Below, one piece after another: positions 29,250 through 36,097 of a stretch of DNA of 36,097 bases (positions are counted from its first letter, which is position 1; each line of letters opens with the position of its first letter). The position numbers and the translations under genes were made by a program. The notes beneath the pieces are model-generated. The model did not search any database and had not been told where the DNA came from. It saw nothing but the letters and a program-made list of their open reading frames with translations. The stretch is from a virus (taxonomy: Duplodnaviria; Caudoviricetes): IMG/VR virus record IMGVR_UViG_3300017971_000536, positions 1 to 36,097 of that record. The stretch is one strand, 5' to 3'.

Positions 29250-30743
29250 TTAGTTGTTATTTCTTTTTTTACCACATATTCCATACATTATTGATTTAAT
29301 ATCAGAATCGATAGAATTTTCCATTCCATTTGGATGATGAATATCTCCTCCAGTTAATTCAAAATAATTAGCTGGATATGGATTTTTATTAACATCAATA
29401 TTTCGAACCATATATAATAATGCATCTAGTGCATCACAGTGATTGGCTTTTAGTCTTCCATCAGAAGTTGCCTTTACTCGTTGAAAACCTTTTCTATTAC
29501 CATTTCGATCTGTTTGCCATCTAGCCATTTTAATGTGATATTTTAAATTAACACATCTTGGATGAATAATTATTCGTCCTTGTTTAAGCCACATTCGAGT
29601 TTTATTAATTTGGGCTTCTTTATTATCTTTTGCTGTTGGAATAAAATGCAATCCGTGTTCTGTAAATAAATCATTTAAAAGAATAAGGTTGTTATTATCC
29701 ATAATTCTTAAATATGCCTGCTGAACTTCTCCAGTTAATTTATTCGTAAATAGTAATTTTTCTTTTCTTTTAATACCATCAGCTATATCTTGTGTTGTAA
29801 TATCTGTTCCTTCACCACCCAAAATTAACTCATCTAATATAACTAATTGAGAATTCAAAAAATCATAGTAACCAAATAATAATGCCGTTAAATCTTTTGC
29901 AGCTGGATCTCCCGAAATATAAATATCAAAATGAGGAGGTAAATCAACAGATTTTAGAATATCATTTTGTAGTGCATCATTAAATTCTGGAATTACCATT
30001 ATTTCTGAATCAATTGCACTCTCACATAGATATTCTCTCCTAAATTGTGGATCATCTTTTCCCATTGGATATTCATCAATGGTTTCTTTAATAATATCAT
30101 CAGTAAACATAGGATTATCATAGATTGTATACTTTATCAATTTATCTTCAGCATCAGCTGGGGCAACAAAATCTACCATAAATTCATGATCTGGTTCTCG
30201 ACTTGGAGTAGATGCAAGAACTATTTTTCCACCAGTTGTTTTTGTTGTAGGTGATAAGACAGATAATACTGCGTAATTTAAATCATCAACAAAACCTGCT
30301 TCATCTACCAAACAAAGATGAGAGAATCCTCCTCTAATGTTTTCAATATTACCACTATCTGATCCAGCAAATTGAATTTCTGAACCATTTGGAAATCGAT
30401 AAACCTTATCAGCTTCTTTATATTCTGGTTTTAAATCAATTGGACAATCTTCTAAAATAACTCTCATAATTGGATTTACAATAGTTTTCACCATTTTTTG
30501 CTTAGGACAAACATACTTAACAATACTGTTGGGAGTCTTAATGCATGTCTCAGTAGCCACTGCACACATCGTGAAAGACTTACCACTTCTTCGAGACACT
30601 AAAAATGTAGATCTTTTTCCTGGATTTTCGATAATCGATTTTCTCATTTCTTTTTGAATACCACGAAGTTTCCATTCAAGATTTCCTAATCTCCATAATT
30701 TATCAATTGCTTGTTTTTTAGTTAAATTATTTTGTTTCATCAA
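29250..30743 (-). CDS. terL: terminase large subunit
   Basis: Walker A 'SRRSGKS', Walker B 'LCLVDEAG', motif III 'LASTP', 'FRREYLC', nuclease 'ISGDPA' and 'HCDALDALLY'. Confidence 0.92.
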   Translation of the reverse strand: MMKQNNLTKKQAIDKLWRLGNLEWKLRGIQKEMRKSIIENPGKRSTFLVSRRSGKSFTMCAVATETCIKTPNSIVKYVCPKQKMVKTIVNPIMRVILEDCPIDLKPEYKEADKVYRFPNGSEIQFAGSDSGNIENIRGGFSHLCLVDEAGFVDDLNYAVLSVLSPTTKTTGGKIVLASTPSREPDHEFMVDFVAPADAEDKLIKYTIYDNPMFTDDIIKETIDEYPMGKDDPQFRREYLCESAIDSEIMVIPEFNDALQNDILKSVDLPPHFDIYISGDPAAKDLTALLFGYYDFLNSQLVILDELILGGEGTDITTQDIADGIKRKEKLLFTNKLTGEVQQAYLRIMDNNNLILLNDLFTEHGLHFIPTAKDNKEAQINKTRMWLKQGRIIIHPRCVNLKYHIKMARWQTDRNGNRKGFQRVKATSDGRLKANHCDALDALLYMVRNIDVNKNPYPANYFELTGGDIHHPNGMENSIDSDIKSIMYGICGKKRNNN

Positions 30744-31083
30744 CGATTCTCAATAATTCCTTCTCAGTAGTCTCTTTTGATGGTAAGTCTTTTTTCTTAA
30801 TTTTACCTCTTACCATTCTAAGATTTTTATGAAGTAGATCAAATACCTTAGCTTCATCTGAAGATAGACCTCCACCCATAGCTCTTTTTTTCAAATTATC
30901 TAATTCTTTTTGACATATAAATTCGATATTAGTAACATGCATTTCTTCTCTAATTCCATAAGATTCTAGAGTTTTTCTTAAGCTGATAACTTCTTTTTGA
31001 AGTTCAGTAATTTCTTCAGCTAGTTCGATATCTAAAGCTTTTTTTTCAAGTTCTTCTAGTAAGTTATCTATTTGTTTTGTCAT
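30727..31083 (-). CDS. putative terminase small subunit
   Basis: 118-aa helical protein overlapping the terL start. The call is positional only. Confidence 0.4.
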   Translation of the reverse strand: MTKQIDNLLEELEKKALDIELAEEITELQKEVISLRKTLESYGIREEMHVTNIEFICQKELDNLKKRAMGGGLSSDEAKVFDLLHKNLRMVRGKIKKKDLPSKETTEKELLRIVDETK

Positions 31084-31091
31084 AATAATTC

Positions 31092-31409
31092 CTAAAATTT
31101 GATATGCTTACCTTCACTATATCCCATAGCAGCAGTTCTCGAATCTCTAATAGATTTTTCTCTAAGATTATTTTCTTTTAACTGTTCAATACTTAATTTC
31201 ATTCTTTCAATTTTCATTTCTTCTTCAAGTTTGGAAAGTTCTGACTGTTTAACTTGATCTGGATATTTTTTATCTAAATAAAGCATAGATACTAATCCTA
31301 ATAAAAATGAAGCAATAATTAAAGAATCTGCAAAATTAGGAGTTTTATAGATCATAAATGAAGAATATACAAAAGAAATGCCAAAAAGGCAATATTTGAG
31401 GGTTTTCAT
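31092..31409 (-). CDS. two-TM membrane protein with coiled-coil tail
   Basis: Two hydrophobic stretches in the first 45 aa, then an E/K-rich coiled coil. Confidence 0.6.
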   Translation of the reverse strand: MKTLKYCLFGISFVYSSFMIYKTPNFADSLIIASFLLGLVSMLYLDKKYPDQVKQSELSKLEEEMKIERMKLSIEQLKENNLREKSIRDSRTAAMGYSEGKHIKF

Positions 31410-31442
31410 ATAAATCCTTTGGTAAATAGTATTTATCTCGCC

Positions 31443-31471
31443 ATAATAAAGTATTTAGGTAGAAATGTCAA
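31443..31471 (-). promoter_or_regulatory. sigma70-type promoter TTGACA-17-TATTAT
   Basis: Minus strand: -35 at 31471-31466, -10 at 31448-31443, upstream of 31409. Confidence 0.65.
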
Positions 31472-31510
31472 CTATTATCTCTAGATGGAAAAGTATCTAA
31501 CCATCATAAT

Positions 31511-31520
31511 TAGTTGTTAA
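31511..31520 (-). promoter_or_regulatory. TTAACAACTA box
   Basis: Sits at the head of the whole morphogenesis region. Confidence 0.65.
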
Positions 31521-31543
31521 TTAAGAATATTAGTATTTTTTAC

Positions 31544-31572
31544 TTGACATGACGCACCGTTCTTGGTATAAT
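31544..31572 (+). promoter_or_regulatory. consensus sigma70 promoter TTGACA-17-TATAAT with extended -10 TG
   Basis: TTGACA 31544-31549, TGG then TATAAT 31567-31572. Confidence 0.85.
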
Positions 31573-31619
31573 CTTAGGAAACCATGCCTAAGTTACTAAC
31601 CAACTAACAACTAGAAGTG

Positions 31620-31757
31620 ATGGGAAAAATAAGAGTAGAGTATATTATATTTGCATTTGGTTGTACAGAAGAAACTGTAGAATACTACATTGATGAACTT
31701 GAAAAAGCTATAATTCAAGAAGAAAGACTCAAACAGTTGGGAATAAATCTACAGTAA
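31620..31757 (+). CDS. small hypothetical protein (45 aa)
   Basis: MGKIRVEYIIFAFGCTEETVEYYIDELEKAIIQEERLKQLGINLQ*, directly downstream of the consensus promoter. Confidence 0.45.
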   Translation: MGKIRVEYIIFAFGCTEETVEYYIDELEKAIIQEERLKQLGINLQ

Positions 31758-31862
31758 TTTTACTACTTCAAAAAAAAGTGACACTTCTACAAGAAAAAAA
31801 GAGGAGTGACACATATATGAGATATACTGAAAACAACCATTGTATCTGTCATAGGATTTGTC

Positions 31863-32189
31863 ATGAAACATGATGCATTAATTGAATTAAAATTAATCAT
31901 AAAAGAAACTGATATTAAAGTTCGCGAAGCTTTAGTTGAAGCTTGGGAAGAAAAGTGGATCTATTATACTAAAAATACTCAGTATGTTATTAATAGATCT
32001 GTATTAAATTCTGAAGAAATAGATTTTGTTTGGTATAAAGTTTCTCAAATGTGTGCTGAAGATATGATGGATAACAATGTTACTTTAAATAAAAGTACTA
32101 ATAATTCATTTAGTTGCGAAACTTGGGCACTTAGGAGTCCTTATGCAAAACTCGAAAAGAATACAAAATATTCTAAAAAAATTGGATAA
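31863..32189 (+). CDS. hypothetical protein
   Basis: 108 aa with AGGA RBS. Confidence 0.65.
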   Translation: MKHDALIELKLIIKETDIKVREALVEAWEEKWIYYTKNTQYVINRSVLNSEEIDFVWYKVSQMCAEDMMDNNVTLNKSTNNSFSCETWALRSPYAKLEKNTKYSKKIG

Positions 32190-32364
32190 ATTAGAAGAAA
32201 TGTTAAGTTTTTATATGAATGGAAATACTGAATTTAAACAAGATCTTGTAGAAATTCGAAGTCTTATAGATGAACTTTCTCTTGAAAAAAAAGAAGATCA
32301 TATAAGATTGGCAAAGAAATTGAAAAATGTTTGGAAGATTAATACAAAAAATCAAGAATCTTAA
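32143..32364 (+). CDS. hypothetical coiled-coil protein
   Basis: 73 aa with AGGAG RBS. Confidence 0.6.
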   Translation: MQNSKRIQNILKKLDKLEEMLSFYMNGNTEFKQDLVEIRSLIDELSLEKKEDHIRLAKKLKNVWKINTKNQES

Positions 32365-32445
32365 AACCTTTTGTTTTTTTGGTTTTCATAGTTTTTATAA
32401 GAAAAAACATATATTTATATGTAAAAGATGTGGTAAAATAGTAAA

Positions 32446-32721
32446 ATGAAAAAAGATGGAATATATGAACATATAAGAAAAACTCTTGTAAAAAATGATG
32501 GGGATATACTAAATCCTATAACTTCCGATATGTTTTCAGTTGAAGACATTACTAAAATTCAAAAACACAGAAGCGATCCACAGTTGATTTTTATACACTT
32601 TCGAGGTATAAATGGTAGTATTCCTTTGAGATTTTTTGATGAAGAGTCTCAAGAAATTATTAAAAACTTTATAAAATCAAGAAGTAGTAAACTTTGGAAT
32701 GCAGTCAATGATGAATTTTAA
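32446..32721 (+). CDS. C-terminal-motif array member 1 (...SKLWNAVNDEF)
   Basis: ORF ending in the shared motif. TGG-TAAAAT lies 6 nt before the ATG. Confidence 0.75.
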   Translation: MKKDGIYEHIRKTLVKNDGDILNPITSDMFSVEDITKIQKHRSDPQLIFIHFRGINGSIPLRFFDEESQEIIKNFIKSRSSKLWNAVNDEF

Positions 32722-32944
32722 ATTTAAAGAGTTAGATACTCTTGTAATTTTAGATAGATATTTACGAGAAACTGCACCAGTGGGAAGGAATAGACTTCAA
32801 ATAAAAGCAATTAGACGTGATGGTTGGGTAGATATTAAATATGAAGACGGTACCCGAGATTCTTTAACTTATGGATTATTAGAAACACACTGGGGATATT
32901 CTCCTGGACAAAACACTAAATTGTGGAAATTATTAAATGAGTAA
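32708..32944 (+). CDS. array member 2 (...TKLWKLLNE)
   Basis: Shared motif. Start is probably 32708 or 32711 (track gives 32699). Confidence 0.75.
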   Translation: MMNFKFKELDTLVILDRYLRETAPVGRNRLQIKAIRRDGWVDIKYEDGTRDSLTYGLLETHWGYSPGQNTKLWKLLNE

Positions 32945-33221
32945 TACTATATTTGAATTAGATACAATTATTCGTCATTTAAAAACAATATATCCAACAC
33001 TTACAATAAGAACTGATTTATATCCATTTGATGGTTGTGTTTTTGGTTTTAATAATCAAGAATTAGAAATATCACGTAATTATATATTTTCAACAAATCC
33101 TTTAGAAATTGGATATGTAGTTGAAAAATTCTGTAAGTGTGGAAAAAAACAAGCTCAACATGAGATGAAAAAAATAGAAGCTCAAAAACAGCCTTTATAT
33201 AAAGTCTTAAACGAAATATAG
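32937..33221 (+). CDS. array member 3 (...QPLYKVLNEI)
   Basis: Shared motif; start overlaps the upstream gene end. Confidence 0.75.
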   Translation: MSNTIFELDTIIRHLKTIYPTLTIRTDLYPFDGCVFGFNNQELEISRNYIFSTNPLEIGYVVEKFCKCGKKQAQHEMKKIEAQKQPLYKVLNEI

Positions 33222-33274
33222 AAGACACTCTGAGGCTTTCAAAAATAGCCCTAGAATTGTTTCTAATAGAAAAC

Positions 33275-33589
33275 ATGAGTATAGGTATGGGTAAGCATTA
33301 TAAACAGATAGAAAAAGAACTACAAGAGCTTAGAGACAGTAGTAAAGTTTCTCAAAAAATAAGAAGAAATGAATTAAAAGACAAGATATTAACTAGTTTT
33401 AAAAATTTACGAATTGTAAGTGATGAAAAAAACTTAGAAAAAGCTGAAAGATTTATCTTAAGTAATTTTCAATATGAAAGAAGTTTGAGTTTTAATCAAC
33501 TATTTATTCAAGTGTTTATTGAAAAATATATAGATCATTTTGATTTAATTATAGAACAAACACCACTTTGGAAAAAAATAAATCATTAA
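33275..33589 (+). CDS. array member 4 (...TPLWKKINH)
   Basis: Shared motif. Start uncertain (33257, 33275 or 33287). Confidence 0.7.
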   Translation: MSIGMGKHYKQIEKELQELRDSSKVSQKIRRNELKDKILTSFKNLRIVSDEKNLEKAERFILSNFQYERSLSFNQLFIQVFIEKYIDHFDLIIEQTPLWKKINH

Positions 33590-33858
33590 GAATTTAATAA
33601 TTTCCATAGTTTACTATCATAACCATGCAATCTAACAACATTACGAAAATCAATTATTTTCCATAAACTTCCATAATTTTCAACATTTAAGTTTCCAATG
33701 CCCCAAAAATTATTAGGGTCACTTACAACTTTATATCGAACTTCTAAAACTTCTGTATCTAAATTGGGAGCTAAATCAATAACTTCTAATATTTGAACCA
33801 CATCTTTATCTATTGGATTGTAATAAAAACCGGGATATATATCTTTTAATTCTAACAT
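33586..33858 (-). CDS. array member 5 (...SKLWKLLNS)
   Basis: Shared motif. Probable start ATG 33858, because the track's TTG at 33894 coincides with a -35 hexamer. Confidence 0.75.
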   Translation of the reverse strand: MLELKDIYPGFYYNPIDKDVVQILEVIDLAPNLDTEVLEVRYKVVSDPNNFWGIGNLNVENYGSLWKIIDFRNVVRLHGYDSKLWKLLNS

Positions 33859-33865
33859 CAAAACT

Positions 33866-33909
33866 ATAATATCAAAACATTTGACTCTTTGCAAATTTTT
33901 CGATATAAT
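33866..33909. promoter_or_regulatory. overlapping divergent sigma70-type promoters
   Basis: Plus strand: TTGACT(33881)-17-TATAAT(33904). Minus strand: TTGCAA(33894)-17-TATTAT(33871-33866). Confidence 0.7.
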
Positions 33910-33940
33910 TTTTTTAGAAGCTAAATTACAAACAAAAATT

Positions 33941-34159
33941 ATGAGAAAACGCTACTACAAACACAAATACAACCAAAGAATAATACAAGTTTGCTCAGTA
34001 ATGAACGGGATAGTCCGCATAAAACTTGAAAAAATAGGCTCAGAAAGCATCAAATTTCCATACCTAAGCAACTATAATCTTAAAGAATTCTTTAAATTTT
34101 ATAAAAAATTCTCAGCTTACGGTACGCCTTTATGGAAAACTATCAATGATTTTAAATAA
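33941..34159 (+). CDS. array member 6 (...TPLWKTINDFK)
   Basis: Shared motif. Probable start ATG 33941, downstream of the promoter. Confidence 0.75.
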   Translation: MRKRYYKHKYNQRIIQVCSVMNGIVRIKLEKIGSESIKFPYLSNYNLKEFFKFYKKFSAYGTPLWKTINDFK

Positions 34160-34400
34160 AAACCATATTTTTCACGATAGAACTGAGTTTGAATTATACC
34201 TTAGACAGTGCTATGAACAAAACTTTGATCCTAAAGACCTTCTTTTTGAGGTAAGTCCCGGATTTTTAGATAAGGTAATAGGATGGCAAGACCCCATAGA
34301 AGACCGCGTTTACCTAAGTCCACATCTCGGCTACGGTATTTATAAAGTTACCCTGGCTAGAAAATATCGCTCTAAGTTATATAAATTACTTAATAATTAA
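34146..34400 (+). CDS. array member 7 (...SKLYKLLNN)
   Basis: Shared motif. Confidence 0.75.
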   Translation: MILNKNHIFHDRTEFELYLRQCYEQNFDPKDLLFEVSPGFLDKVIGWQDPIEDRVYLSPHLGYGIYKVTLARKYRSKLYKLLNN

Positions 34401-34652
34401 CTATTTTATACAAGGGGAACTATAAACCTTTACTTCCTCTAGAGAATTTAGAAATTCCCGATCTTTTTTAAATTTAAAAATTATTTTTAAAGTATCTTTA
34501 CCTATTAAAAAAGGAAGAATAGACAGAAGAGAGGATTCGTTTGTTCCACATTTCAATATTTTGAGAAGAATATGCGAACTATTATCATCTAAACACATAA
34601 ATAGCATATCTGTATTTTTTATTCTATAATATCGGTCTTTTTGTATATTCAT
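34390..34652 (-). CDS. array member 8, frameshifted within the motif (as read ...YSSPCIK*; with one more C ...YSSPLYKIVNY*)
   Basis: One extra base in the G4 run at 34414-34417 restores the motif, with a stop at 34390-34392. Confidence 0.7.
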
Positions 34653-34912
34653 GTATTTAGAGTTTTATATAGGGGGGTTTTATAACTTTTCATATGTTTA
34701 AGTGAGTTTAGAAAATCCCAATCTCCTGATAATGCCGAATTTAATTCAATAATATTGAGATCATCAAAAATAACTAAAAATATCGTAAGATCATCTAAAA
34801 AATCACCATAATTCTCCACTTGCATGTGAAATAATGTACCATCAATTTTTATACATTTTAAAATAATATTAGTTTCAATGGATTTATAATACTCATTTTC
34901 TTGTATATTCAT
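34649..34912 (-). CDS. array member 9 (...TPLYKTLNT)
   Basis: Shared motif. Paralogous to member 8 (MNIQxxxYY...C). Confidence 0.8.
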   Translation of the reverse strand: MNIQENEYYKSIETNIILKCIKIDGTLFHMQVENYGDFLDDLTIFLVIFDDLNIIELNSALSGDWDFLNSLKHMKSYKTPLYKTLNT

Positions 34913-35139
34913 GTATTTATCACATTATATAAAGGCGTTCCATACGCTTTTAATTCTATAAATATTTCATCGGGATTAAATTTGTGGAATGAGGAATTTG
35001 TGTATCGCCAGTGAGAATGTACCTCAATGACTTCAAAAAAGTATCTATCATCATATTCTTGGGTTATTCTAATTATACAATAATCATTTGGAGAATATTT
35101 TGTAAAATTTTTATAATAAGCTCCAATTTTTAAATCCAA
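34909..35139 (-). CDS. array member 10 (...TPLYNVINT)
   Basis: Shared motif. Probable TTG start at 35139 after GGAGG (track gives 35166), which aligns YY with members 8 and 9. Confidence 0.75.
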   Translation of the reverse strand: MDLKIGAYYKNFTKYSPNDYCIIRITQEYDDRYFFEVIEVHSHWRYTNSSFHKFNPDEIFIELKAYGTPLYNVINT

Positions 35140-35237
35140 AATAACCTCCAGAAAGGATTTTAACATAAAAACCGATTAAAGTTAAGCTATTTTCCAGGAA
35201 TTATTTTCATAAGTTCCATCAAACTTATTAGATTTTT

Positions 35238-35810
35238 TTAGATTATTTTCTTAGGCTTACAGTTTTCTGAGCAATAACTAGACTTTCCTTGAAATTCTTT
35301 TTTACAAACTGAGCAATTTTTTGTTTTAGGTTGATATCTTTTTCGTGATAATCGACGTTTAGCTTCTTTTAGACATATTTCTGAACAATTTTTTTTATTA
35401 GGATTTCGACTTTTAAAATTTTTATGACAAATTTGACATACTTTATCACAATTCTTACTTTTGGATTTTTGATAGTTAGAATAGTAGTTAGTTGTCTTTT
35501 CTAAAAGATTTTGACGACATTTTGATGAACAAACCTTTGATTTTCTAGATGTTTTTGTGTAAAAAGTTTTATTACAATATTCACATTTCCACCACCAAAT
35601 CTTTGAAAATCGAGGAGTTAGCTTCCTTTTTTCTTTTTTATTGTCAGCAACACAATTGGGACAAACGGAATTAATCCACATTTTTTTAGTTTTAACGCAA
35701 TAATGGTAAAGATTGATTTTACCTGATTTGGCTTGTCTACTAACATAAGCAGTTTCTATCCATTTTTTACATATCTTACATTTTTTATCAAAAATATTTA
35801 GAATTTCCAT
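35238..35810 (-). CDS. multi zinc-ribbon (CxxC...CSxxC) basic protein
   Basis: Three C-x2-C-x3-F-xn-CS-x2-C units plus N-terminal CKIC/CPNC. No evident HNH or other nuclease motif. Confidence 0.75.
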   Translation of the reverse strand: MEILNIFDKKCKICKKWIETAYVSRQAKSGKINLYHYCVKTKKMWINSVCPNCVADNKKEKRKLTPRFSKIWWWKCEYCNKTFYTKTSRKSKVCSSKCRQNLLEKTTNYYSNYQKSKSKNCDKVCQICHKNFKSRNPNKKNCSEICLKEAKRRLSRKRYQPKTKNCSVCKKEFQGKSSYCSENCKPKKII

Positions 35811-35817
35811 AATTTAT

Positions 35818-35846
35818 AGATTAACCTTTTTTTATAAGTTTGTCAA
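35818..35846 (-). promoter_or_regulatory. sigma70-type promoter TTGACA-17-TAATCT
   Basis: Minus strand; the -10 ends 7 nt before ATG 35810. Confidence 0.5.
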
Positions 35847-35939
35847 TATATTTGAAGTAAAATTGGTACTATCTGTTGTCAGGCATATATACATCCACAC
35901 CCAACTTTCAAAACAACCTACCCCTATTCTCCTCAATGC

Positions 35940-35968
35940 TTGACTATCCTAACGCAATGTGTTAGAGT
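35940..35968 (+). promoter_or_regulatory. sigma70-type promoter TTGACT-17-TAGAGT with TG extension
   Basis: Upstream of the AAGGAG RBS and ATG 36002. Confidence 0.5.
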
Positions 35969-36001
35969 ATTGTTACCCATCTAACTAAAAGGAGAGAAAC
36001 T

Positions 36002-36097
36002 ATGGAAGCTTTAGATCTTGAATTCTTTAGAGACAATATACACCATAAGAAACAAGAACGTGACAAGGCTTATATAGCCCTTGTAGACCTTCTTAAC
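36002..36097 (+). CDS. hypothetical protein, truncated by window end
   Basis: AAGGAGAG RBS, then MEALDLEFFRDNIHHKKQERDKAYIALVDLLN... Confidence 0.6.
   Translation, partial: MEALDLEFFRDNIHHKKQERDKAYIALVDLLN

Noticed and set aside
31776-31813. Short repeat AGTGACAC twice after A/G-rich runs
   Set aside because: Only 8 nt and two copies, so it cannot be distinguished from chance.
32143-32364. Possible eleventh motif member (KNVWKINT)
   Set aside because: Lacks the [PK]L[WY] core, the spacing is wrong and it is farther from the stop.
33049-33276. 75-aa minus-strand ORF inside the array
   Set aside because: Antisense to member 3 and lacks the motif.
32446-35166. Array as integron cassettes, shufflon, DGR or CRISPR
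   Set aside because: No attC-like palindromes, identical DNA repeats, recombinase, reverse transcriptase or repeat-spacer periodicity are visible in the window. Conservation is at the peptide level.
1-36097. Stop-codon reassignment
   Set aside because: Long genes are intact under the standard code, and TAA, TAG and TGA all end genes at sensible boundaries.
1-36097. tRNA/rRNA genes, integrase, endolysin and host assignment
   Set aside because: None is recognisable here, and the host cannot be supported from this sequence alone.

Overview
This AT-rich window is part of a tailed dsDNA phage genome (standard genetic code). The gene order is podovirus-like and there is no tape-measure or sheath gene in view. 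Positions 1-31409 hold one minus-strand morphogenesis region. In transcription order it has a membrane protein, putative TerS, TerL, a portal interrupted by a 343-aa LAGLIDADG intein, scaffold, a small head protein, major capsid, many fibre/spike/decoration proteins with shared repeat modules, a holin-like protein, a permuted papain-like peptidase, adaptor, nozzle, a Q-rich ejection-type protein ending in a Hint domain, two GNAT-like proteins and a second Q/A-rich ejection-type protein cut by the window edge. A TTAACAACTA box recurs upstream of several of these genes and is a candidate late promoter. Positions 31.5-36.1 kb form an early/accessory region with near-consensus sigma70 promoters. 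The most striking feature is an array of ten consecutive small genes (32446-35166) on both strands, mostly dissimilar in sequence, that all end in the C-terminal peptide [TSQ]-[PK]-L-[WY]-[KN]-x-[LIV]-N. One member carries this motif just beyond a 1-nt frameshift. Functional calls come from motifs and gene order read by eye; no searches were run.
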